This document shows, piece after piece, positions 26,540-34,462 of a stretch of DNA of 40,000 nt (its first letter is position 1; every line of letters begins with the position of its first letter). The notes beneath the pieces were generated by a model that ran no database searches, was not told where the DNA came from, and was given only the letters and a program-made list of their open reading frames with translations. Source of the DNA: an uncultured Acidobacteriota bacterium (GTDB taxonomy: Bacteria > Acidobacteriota > Terriglobia > Terriglobales > Acidobacteriaceae); contig CAWITE010000012.1 of NCBI GenBank assembly GCA_963838905.1, forward strand, positions 133,650 through 173,649, read 5' to 3'. Both the position numbers and the translations under genes were made by a program.

Positions 26540-27235
26540 CTAGTTCAGGCCATCGACCGGATAGAGGTCGAATAGGATGCGCTTGTAGTTGTACGCGTAA
26601 GCCTTGCCGTCGGCGGAGATGTGGGGCGTGCGGATGAAGTTGATCCCGGCCGGGTCGGGTGGGTTGAGTTCTTTCCAGAGCTGCCTGTGTCCCGTGTTCA
26701 GTTCGACGCGATATACCAGGGCAGGCACGGCCGGGCGATAGACATAAACGCTCTTGCCATCCCCCGGCCAGCCGAAAGCAAATTTCTGCAGGATTTAAGC
26801 CCGGCACCGGCTTGCCTTCGCCAGACTGAACCGAATAGGCGACAGAATTTCTCTCAGAATCCAAGCCCAGGAACGACTGGCCATCCGGGGAAACAAAGTG
26901 AGTGTAATTGACCACCTCGACTCCCTCCGCAGTAACGGGGCGAGGGCGGGCCTGCGGAAAATCCATCAAGTAGATGCGGCTACCATAGCCCGGTTCGTTC
27001 CCCAGGAACAGAATCTGGTGATCGTTGGCAGCCAGTTACCCCAATGATAACCGAGCGTTCCCAGATTTATGGTTTGTGCCGGTCCGGTACCCGGGGGCGA
27101 AAATATCAAATTGTGGAGGTTAAAGCCGGTGAGACCCATCACCCACTTGGAATCCGCCGACAGCGAATTTGAGTTTCCGTCGGAAGCCGCACCGCAGCAG
27201 AACCATCTCCGAAAGTTCGGGTCGCGAAGATTTCC
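26540..27235 (-). pseudogene. Decayed TolB-like (PD40/WD40-like) beta-propeller gene remnant, multiple frameshifts, 5' end missing
   Basis: Homologous pieces lie in three frames: ...SADSKWVMGLTGFNLHNLIFSPPGTGPAQTINLGTLGYHWG / HQILFLGNEPGYGSRIYLMDFPQARPRPVTAEGVEVVNYTHFVSPDGQSFLGLD / PALVYRVELNTGHRQLWKELNPPDPAGINFIRTPHISADGKAYAYNYKRILFDLYPVDGLN*. Confidence 0.6.
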
Positions 27236-27320
27236 ACATTACGGACACAGAAAATTCATTAGCGTTTAACCTGACTGCCACATTTCATCGCTACAGTTTT
27301 CTGTTCAGGAGGATTTTTCC

Positions 27321-29060
27321 ATGAAAACTAAGAGGGCTTCAGCGGCTTTTGTCGCGATTCTCTTTCTGGCTGCGGCTTCGGTACAGGCCGTGGTTGCGCA
27401 AGACTCAGGAAAACGGAACAAAATTAGCCACGTCTTGCTCGTGAGCATTGACGGCATGCATGTCGTGGACTATCTCAACTGTTCGAAGGGAGTCAAAGGA
27501 ATAAACGGCGGACAACCCTACTGCACGAACCTGGCGAAACTGGGCGCAACAGCCGTGAACTATCTGGATACCAGCACGTCGCGGCCCTCCGATTCATTCC
27601 CCGGCTTGATGGCAATTGTAACCGGGGGCACACCGCGTACCTTTGGCGCGTTCTACGATGTCGCCTACGACCGGGTTCTCGCTCCTCCGTTGAAAACCAC
27701 GGGCAACGGCCTCAAGGGCGGATCCTGTACTCTCAACCGGGCTAATGGCACCTCGACCGAGTATGAAGAGGGCATCGACATCAACCAACAATTCTTGAAC
27801 GGCATCGATGGCATAAGTACCAGGAACGGGGATGGCGGAATCAACTCGATTGATCCGGCCAGGCTGGAGCGCGATCCGTTTAACAACTGTCTTCCGGTGT
27901 ACCCGTGGAACTTCATCCGGACGAACACAATTTTCGGCGTGATTCACGCCGCTGGCGGTTACACCGCCTGGTCCGACAAGCACCCAGCTTACTCCTCGGT
28001 TTCCGGCCCCGGTGACGGCACGAACCTGGACGACTTCTATGCACCAGAAATCAATTCCATGGTGGTTGCTCTGAAGGGTGTCACGACGCCGCTTGGGCTG
28101 GCCTGCGATCCCATTCCGGACCCGACGGCCGATCTTAGCGCCTGGACCAACAGCTTTGAAAACATCCAGTGCTACGACACACTCAAGGTGAACGCCATCC
28201 TCAACGAAATCGATGGCTTCAGCCACAACCGTAAGAAGAAGGCCCAGGTGCCCACGATCTTCGGCATGAATTTCCAAGCCGTGAGCGTAGGGCAAAAGCT
28301 GATCGAAGCCAACGTAGGCAGCGGTGGTTACCTAAACGGAATGGGCACCCCGAGCGCCTTATTGCTGCAGGAGATTCAGTTTGTTGACGCGGCGATCGGA
28401 AAATGGACTGCGGAGCTCCGAAAGCAGGGTTTATCCGACTCGACGCTCGTCATCATCACTGCAAAGCACGGTCAGAGTCCAATTGATTCCCCACGCTACG
28501 TTGGCATTACCTCGTCCGGGCCAGTGACGACCTCGCCGAGCAGACTGATCGACGACTGCTTGCCGCCCTCCGAGTCAAACTCAGGTGGCCAAATCGGCCC
28601 CACAGAGGACGACGTTTCGCTTTTGTGGTTGAAACGCTCTTGCAACACGGCGACCGAGGTCGGGATTCTGGAAACCCAATCCCCGACATCGAATAACATT
28701 GCAGGCATTGGCGAAATCTTCTTCGGGCAATCGATCAATCAACTGTTTAATCCGCCAGGCATCCCGCCAAACGGCGATCCGCGAAGCCCGGACATCATTG
28801 TTACTCCCAATGTGGGCGTGACTTACTCCGGGAGCACCGCGAAGCAGGCGGAACATGGCGGCTTCTCGCATGACGACACCAACGTGATGATTCTGGTCTC
28901 GAACCCGAGTTTCGCGCCCAAGACCCTGACCACTCCGGTACAAACGGCTCAAGTTGCTCCGACAATTCTGAAGGCTCTCGGGCTCAACCCTGGGAGATTG
29001 CAGGCAGTTCAGATACAAGGCACGGAAGTGCTGCCCGGAGTCTTTTCCGGGAAGAAATAG
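27321..29060 (+). CDS. Secreted alkaline-phosphatase-superfamily protein (type I phosphodiesterase/nucleotide pyrophosphatase-like)
   Basis: Signal peptide (AILFLAAASVQAVVA), metal-site block VLLVSIDGMH, SFPGLMAIVTG and a distal AEHGGFSHDD motif. Confidence 0.8.
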   Translation: MKTKRASAAFVAILFLAAASVQAVVAQDSGKRNKISHVLLVSIDGMHVVDYLNCSKGVKGINGGQPYCTNLAKLGATAVNYLDTSTSRPSDSFPGLMAIVTGGTPRTFGAFYDVAYDRVLAPPLKTTGNGLKGGSCTLNRANGTSTEYEEGIDINQQFLNGIDGISTRNGDGGINSIDPARLERDPFNNCLPVYPWNFIRTNTIFGVIHAAGGYTAWSDKHPAYSSVSGPGDGTNLDDFYAPEINSMVVALKGVTTPLGLACDPIPDPTADLSAWTNSFENIQCYDTLKVNAILNEIDGFSHNRKKKAQVPTIFGMNFQAVSVGQKLIEANVGSGGYLNGMGTPSALLLQEIQFVDAAIGKWTAELRKQGLSDSTLVIITAKHGQSPIDSPRYVGITSSGPVTTSPSRLIDDCLPPSESNSGGQIGPTEDDVSLLWLKRSCNTATEVGILETQSPTSNNIAGIGEIFFGQSINQLFNPPGIPPNGDPRSPDIIVTPNVGVTYSGSTAKQAEHGGFSHDDTNVMILVSNPSFAPKTLTTPVQTAQVAPTILKALGLNPGRLQAVQIQGTEVLPGVFSGKK

Positions 29061-29089
29061 CCTGGACAACCAGCGCGCGTTAAATTCTC

Positions 29090-29120
29090 GGCGGGCATCG
29101 CGCAGGTGCCCGCCTTTTTA
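29090..29120 (+). terminator. Rho-independent terminator
   Basis: GGCGGGCA(29090-97)/TGCCCGCC(29107-14) with a 9-nt loop, followed by TTTTTAT. It lies 30 nt after the stop at 29060. Confidence 0.8.
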
Positions 29121-29414
29121 TGCGCCAACAGAGGTACTACAGGAAGCCGCACCTTGTGCGTTCTGAAATAGCGTTCCCCGGAAACCTCGCTCAGGCCCAA
29201 CCAAAGTGATCACGGAGCTGCCCCAGGAGCGGACAAAGTGGCACCATTCCTAGGGAATGAGCGTATCGCCCAAACGCAACTTCTGCCTAGTGCTCCGCCA
29301 TAACTGCAATCGACCGCAGCATCCTGCTGAAAATCCAGCGATGAATGAGATAAAGCGCATACCAATAAACAAGGCCTGCCAATCCGGCAAGATCGAAAAT
29401 CGCAGTTTCCCTGA

Positions 29415-29878
29415 TCACTGAGCCTTGGATATTTGGTTCCACCTCGAATTGAAGCCACGCACGGCCGGGGACTTTTCATCCTCACCTACGACGAATTTGG
29501 AGGGATTTACGACCATGTGTCGCCACAGAAAACAGTGAACCCGGATGGCATTAAGCCTAAGGATCTTTTGCCAGGTGATATTTGCAACAAGGGCGTTACT
29601 GATCACCTGTAACTTTGTGTACACCGGCTATTGGGTTCCACTTATTGTGGTGTCGCCCTATACGAAGAAGCATTAGGTTTCGCACACGGTGGACGGACAC
29701 CACGGCGATTCTGAAATTGATTGAGACTCGGTTCCATCTGGCAGCGTTGACCAAGCGGGATGCGGCGCAAATGGATATGACCGAGTGCTTCGATTTCACA
29801 CATCCATCGTGGCTGACTCCGCCAACGCCTCCGGTGCAGAACACGAGCGATCCGTGCGATTTGAATAAATTGCCTTGA
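29415..29878 (+). pseudogene. 3' fragment of a phosphoesterase-family (phospholipase C / AcpA-like) gene, with frameshifts and an in-frame stop
   Basis: GRGLFILTYDEFGGIYDHVSPQ... is the conserved TYDE-GG-DHV block. The frame breaks at TAA 29610-12, then CNFVYTGYWVPLIVVSPYTKKH, then TAG 29674-76, then another shift, then TDTTAILKLIETRFHLAALTKRDAAQMDMTECFDF. The N-terminal ~400 aa of the family is absent. Confidence 0.65.
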
Positions 29879-29935
29879 GCGATCGCTGAGCAGCGGGTGA
29901 TGGCTTGTTCAGTTAATTCCTCAAGGATTTCGATG

Positions 29936-30679
29936 CTAGTCTCGGCTGCGGAGCTTGGCGAGCAGTCGCAATATTTCGAAGTAAAGCCAAATGAGAGTGA
30001 CCATCAAAGCGAAGCCGCCATACCATTCCATGTACTTCGGAACGCCGGCGCGGGCTCCACTCTCGATAAGATCGAAATCCAGCACCAGGTTGAGTGCGGC
30101 AACGATCACCACCACCACGCTGAAACCGATACCGATCATGCCCGAGCCGTTGATGGCTGCGAAGTGAATGCCGAAGAACCCGAGCACAAACTCGATCAGA
30201 TAGAAGACAGCAATTCCGCCGGTCGCCGCCACAATCCCTATCTTGAATTTCTCGGTGGCGCGGATCATCCCGGACCGGTAGGCGAGCAGTAATGCCACCA
30301 ACGTCCCAAACGTCAAGCCAACTGCCTGCATAGCAATTCCGGGAAAACGCATCTCCAACATGGCGGAGGCGCTGCCCAATACCAGACCTTCCAGCAGCGC
30401 ATACATCGGCGCGGTCACCGGAGACCACGCCTTCTTGAAAATAGTTACCAGTGCGACAATGAAACCTCCAATGCCTCCGACGGCGAGAAGCGGCAGCGCA
30501 GCTTGGGGAGACCGTGTGAACAAGTTCCAACTCCAGGCAGCGGTAGCCACCACGCAGATCAACAAAATGCCAGTCTTGTTCACCGTGCCGGAGACGGTCA
30601 TGCTGTCGCCGAGCACGGCACCGCCCACACGAAACGCGTCACCGGACAACGCTGGATTGGAAGTCTTTAGTAGAGCCAT
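29936..30679 (-). CDS. Bax inhibitor-1/YccA-family membrane protein
   Basis: MALLKTSNPALSGDAF start and seven hydrophobic segments over 247 aa, with a charged C-terminal tail after the last hydrophobic segment (...YFEILRLLAKLRSRD). Confidence 0.8.
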   Translation of the reverse strand: MALLKTSNPALSGDAFRVGGAVLGDSMTVSGTVNKTGILLICVVATAAWSWNLFTRSPQAALPLLAVGGIGGFIVALVTIFKKAWSPVTAPMYALLEGLVLGSASAMLEMRFPGIAMQAVGLTFGTLVALLLAYRSGMIRATEKFKIGIVAATGGIAVFYLIEFVLGFFGIHFAAINGSGMIGIGFSVVVVIVAALNLVLDFDLIESGARAGVPKYMEWYGGFALMVTLIWLYFEILRLLAKLRSRD

Positions 30680-31119
30680 CGAACGTCTCCTAAAGTGATT
30701 AGTTTACAACGCATCTCATTTCCTCTCGACTTTCTGCTTAACCTCTTCCTTGGCATCTCGCGAGCGTTGTGCCACCAGGTTGCACAGTCGAAGATCTGCC
30801 GGTCGCTTTTCGCAGTACTGTCTCGTACGCACCTCGCACAACTAACAACGAACCCGGAGTCAGCGCTCTGACCGCCCTACAGAGCATCTCATAATCCCTA
30901 AAACAAATCTTGACAGGGTCCGGCGACAGAGGTGGAAAAGTGCAGATCGCCGATAGGCTGGAGGACTGGCACCATCCCGGACTGGCTTCCGACTCGACGG
31001 ACGATTTGGGCCGAAAGCCGTTCCGGTTGGGAGATTGATGTGATTGAGATAGAACTGCTGTGCTGATAATTCCGATTAGCTGGTCTTGCCTCCGTCACCG
31101 TTTTTGAACATTCGTGCGT

Positions 31120-32640
31120 TTATTGCAAGCTACCCGTGGTTACATTAGCCGGGTTGCCGATGGCGTCTCCGGATACAAGAAGTTCAACTCTCCGGTTCTG
31201 CTGGCGCCCGGCAGAGCTATCGTTTGAAGCCACCGGCAGAGTGTTGCCGAAACCTCTGGCGCTGACCGAGTTGGTGGTTACACCTTGTTGCACGAGATAG
31301 GCGCGCACGGAATCGGCACGATTCTCGGACAGCTTCTGGTTCATGTCGTCGCCGCCGACATTATCCGTGTAGCCGCCGACTTCAATGTTGAGTCCCGGAT
31401 ACGCCAGCAGGATACCGGCAACCTTCGCCAGCTTCTCCCGTGCTCCTGGCTTCAAGGAATACTGTCCGGTGTCAAACAATACGTCGGACATGCTAACGAT
31501 GAGCCCACGTGCGCTGTCGCGAGTCTGAAGAATGGAATTCAATTGTTCTGACAAACGTGCCCGCATGGCGGCTTTGTCGGTGTCCGCTTGCCGTGCCGCT
31601 AGGCGAGACCGGTCGGCATCGGCCTGAGCGGCGGTAACCGCTGCTGCAGATACTGCCTGATTTGCGGCCATGTCCGATTTCGCTTGCGCTGTGTCAGACT
31701 GGGCTTGCTCCTTCTGCCGGTTCGCATCGTCGGCTTGGGTTTGCGCTTGAGCCTGGGCGTCCGTTGAGGCTTGGCGTTCACTGGCTAGACGTTGGTCGTC
31801 CATCTTCGTGACTGCGATGGCGCGAGCATCTTCGGCAGTTTGAACCGTCTCTCGGGCGACTGCGATCAGCGGCTTTCTCGGAACGTTCTTTCTGGTAGCA
31901 TATTCGTCCGTGTTGTTCATCAACTGAACCGCATGCTGGTAGCTGTCGCTGGCGTACTGCTCGGCGCCTTCGGATTGCGCGATACGTAACGCGTTGCGTG
32001 CCTCGAAGAATTCTAAGGGCAACTTGGCATTCAGGACCACCGGGTCGAACTTGTAGCCGGTTGGAATGTAGCCGCCTCGCTCCGTAAGCTCGTACTTTGC
32101 CTCGACCGTCTCGATGGTTCCTTTCGTGTCCTTGCGAATAACATTTTCGAGCACGACTACGTTACTGGGTTGCCGGACTGCGTAATAAGGTTCCGCGGTG
32201 ACAATCAACGCGAATGCCTGCAGGTCGGTAGTGACGTGCAACTTGCTGCGGTCGTTGCCTCCGACTAAGACTTCACCCAGGTTCACGGCGCGGCCTTCGG
32301 GCGAAATCGCCCACAGGATGTAAGTCAAATATTCGTTGCCGAAAGTCGTGGGCTTCTGCAGGTTACCGAATTCGGCTTCGATCTCAAGCGCTCCACGCTT
32401 GCTGTTTACTTCGGCCTCACCGTTCGCGGATGGCATGAGCTCCGTGCCCGCGAGATCCACCTTCGTAGACCCGCTGTGATGTCTGTAGTTGACCGCGGGC
32501 GTCGTGCGGCTGATTACGACTACCCGGAACGTGGGCGTCTGCGCCATGCGCTCGACGGCGACCGCCGCTTGTGGATGGGTTTGAGCCAGTGCGCTCAGGC
32601 TCAGTGCGAGTCCCGCTGCTAACAACAGTTTCATCTTCAT
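31120..32640 (-). CDS. OmpA-family protein (signal peptide, Gln/Ala-rich coiled region, C-terminal OmpA/MotB peptidoglycan-binding domain)
   Basis: The C-terminus has NIEVGGYTDNVGGDDMNQKLSENRADSVRAYLVQQGV...GRQQNRRVELLVSG. Start trimmed to MKMKLLLAAGLALSLSALA (ATG 32640), preceded by AAGGAG. Confidence 0.8.
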   Translation of the reverse strand: MKMKLLLAAGLALSLSALAQTHPQAAVAVERMAQTPTFRVVVISRTTPAVNYRHHSGSTKVDLAGTELMPSANGEAEVNSKRGALEIEAEFGNLQKPTTFGNEYLTYILWAISPEGRAVNLGEVLVGGNDRSKLHVTTDLQAFALIVTAEPYYAVRQPSNVVVLENVIRKDTKGTIETVEAKYELTERGGYIPTGYKFDPVVLNAKLPLEFFEARNALRIAQSEGAEQYASDSYQHAVQLMNNTDEYATRKNVPRKPLIAVARETVQTAEDARAIAVTKMDDQRLASERQASTDAQAQAQTQADDANRQKEQAQSDTAQAKSDMAANQAVSAAAVTAAQADADRSRLAARQADTDKAAMRARLSEQLNSILQTRDSARGLIVSMSDVLFDTGQYSLKPGAREKLAKVAGILLAYPGLNIEVGGYTDNVGGDDMNQKLSENRADSVRAYLVQQGVTTNSVSARGFGNTLPVASNDSSAGRQQNRRVELLVSGDAIGNPANVTTGSLQ

Positions 32641-32727
32641 TTGCTCTCCTTGGCAGATGTCTGCCGGGTTACGCAATCTCGTCGTGTCCGTCGACAAAGC
32701 GTCCTATTTGTGCATCTTGCCAGTCCG

Positions 32728-32922
32728 TCACCCTTTTCCTATGCGAATCGCCGAAAGTGAGTGGAAGAGTCCAAATACATTCAGCAGCCACAGCACCACG
32801 GCGATGACCACCACGCCATTCAAGATTGACTTGATGGACGACTGCATCGGAATGAACCGGTTGACCAGCCACAACAGAACACCCACCACGATGAGAACTT
32901 CCAGAAGTTGAATTAACGGCAT
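32728..32922 (-). CDS. Small two-TM membrane protein (Thivi_2564-like family)
   Basis: MPLIQLLEVLIVVGVLLWLVNRFIPMQSSIKSILNGVVVIAVVLWLLNVFGLF closely matches a widespread ~60-aa family as I remember it. Confidence 0.6.
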   Translation of the reverse strand: MPLIQLLEVLIVVGVLLWLVNRFIPMQSSIKSILNGVVVIAVVLWLLNVFGLFHSLSAIRIGKG

Positions 32923-33478
32923 AATCTTTGACCTTTCTTACTTCGAGGGCTAACGCCTCGCATCCGCGCCAAGGTGTCGCCTGAATCCGTTCTGCAAAAG
33001 CTTTTAGGGTCGAATCGTGTTCGCCGGAGGTTCCACGGCATACACACGGATTACGAATGCCAATCGGCTGGATGTGGCCGCTTCGATGTGGATGGTTGGG
33101 ACCTTACCCATAGCGGCTAAGAGTGAGAGCTAAGAATTGGCGGTCGTCGCTCTCCCGACACACTCAGGAGAATAAAGAATGACAGATGTAGACCTGCGCG
33201 TCTGAGCTAGATTGCTCACATGTGAAGAATTAGGAGTGTGAGGCCCGTGCCGCGATGGGCTCAAATCGTGGAAATCTCGGCTTATTCCTCGTGATCTAGT
33301 GGCGTACAGCCGTTGGCGGCAGCACTCGACCGTACTGGGTGCATTGATGCCCAGAAATACTCGAATTCCTGCCCACATTAGAAGCAGACGCGGTAGGTTC
33401 GTTTCTTGATCGTGAACACGCTATTCTTCTGCCCGTGATGGCACCCAAACGCCGAATGAAAGATCCAACGCAGTGGTT

Positions 33479-34462
33479 TCATAAGTCCTCCGCTCGTCTG
33501 CGCTCGGAACTTCCATTGGCATCCAGCCAATCGACTAAAGAGCGAACGCTACTTCGAGCCAGGGCAATCGAGCAGTCCGCAGCTCCGTAATAAATGTTGA
33601 GGCCGTCGCCATCGGAGTCCATCGTATATCCGCAGGGGAACACAACATCATCGACGTCGCCGTGACGCTCGTAGTCGGCTTCTGGCGCAAAGATCCACGA
33701 ATCCCCTCGCACTAAACACTTCGCCGGATTCTCAAGGTCAAACAGCGCCAAGCCCAACCGATACAGACAGCCCGAAGGCGTGTGCCGTACTCCGTGATAG
33801 AACACGAGCCAGCCTCTGGAAGTCTCGATGGGTGGTGGCGACAAACCAATCTTGTTCGCGTCCCACCAGGCGCCGCGGCGCGCCTCCAGCATGAGCCGGT
33901 GCCTGCCCCAATAGCGCAGGTCGGGAGAGTAGGAAATCCACATATGCGACCCCAACGGCGTCATCGGACGATGAATAAGCGCCCAGCATCCATCGATTCT
34001 CCGAGGCAGCAGCGCGGAGTCTTTATCATCTGGCGGCATAATGACGCCATAGCGCTCGAAGCTGCGGAAGTCTTTGGTCAGAGCCAGGGACACTCCGGGG
34101 CCGCCGCGTGAATAGGAGGTGTAGGTGACTACGTATTGCTGCAACTCGGGCACGAAAGTGATGCGCGGATCCTCGATGCCCCAGATTTCCTCGGGATACT
34201 CCCTGGGGCTTGGCATCAAGGTCGGTTCCTTATCAATTTGCCAATCATCCACTCCATTGCGCGAACGAGCAGCGCAAAGATGGGACAAGCCCCGTCGATC
34301 CTCGACCCGGCAGAGCAGCAAGGTCGATCCATCCGCTAGCAGTGTGGCGCCCGCATTGAACACACTATTAATGGAGTATGGCCAATCCTTGGCCGTCAAG
34401 ATTGGGTTGGCAGGATGCCGAAGAAGCAGTGGTTCGTGGCGAATCGTTGTGGCAACGCTCAT
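33479..34462 (-). CDS. Glycoside hydrolase family 130-like glycosidase/phosphorylase (DUF377 fold)
   Basis: NPILTAKDWPYSINSVFNAGA, GIEDPRITFV, WISYSPDLRYW and WDANKIGLSPPPIET are typical GH130 five-bladed propeller blocks. Confidence 0.8.
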   Translation of the reverse strand: MSVATTIRHEPLLLRHPANPILTAKDWPYSINSVFNAGATLLADGSTLLLCRVEDRRGLSHLCAARSRNGVDDWQIDKEPTLMPSPREYPEEIWGIEDPRITFVPELQQYVVTYTSYSRGGPGVSLALTKDFRSFERYGVIMPPDDKDSALLPRRIDGCWALIHRPMTPLGSHMWISYSPDLRYWGRHRLMLEARRGAWWDANKIGLSPPPIETSRGWLVFYHGVRHTPSGCLYRLGLALFDLENPAKCLVRGDSWIFAPEADYERHGDVDDVVFPCGYTMDSDGDGLNIYYGAADCSIALARSSVRSLVDWLDANGSSERRRAEDL

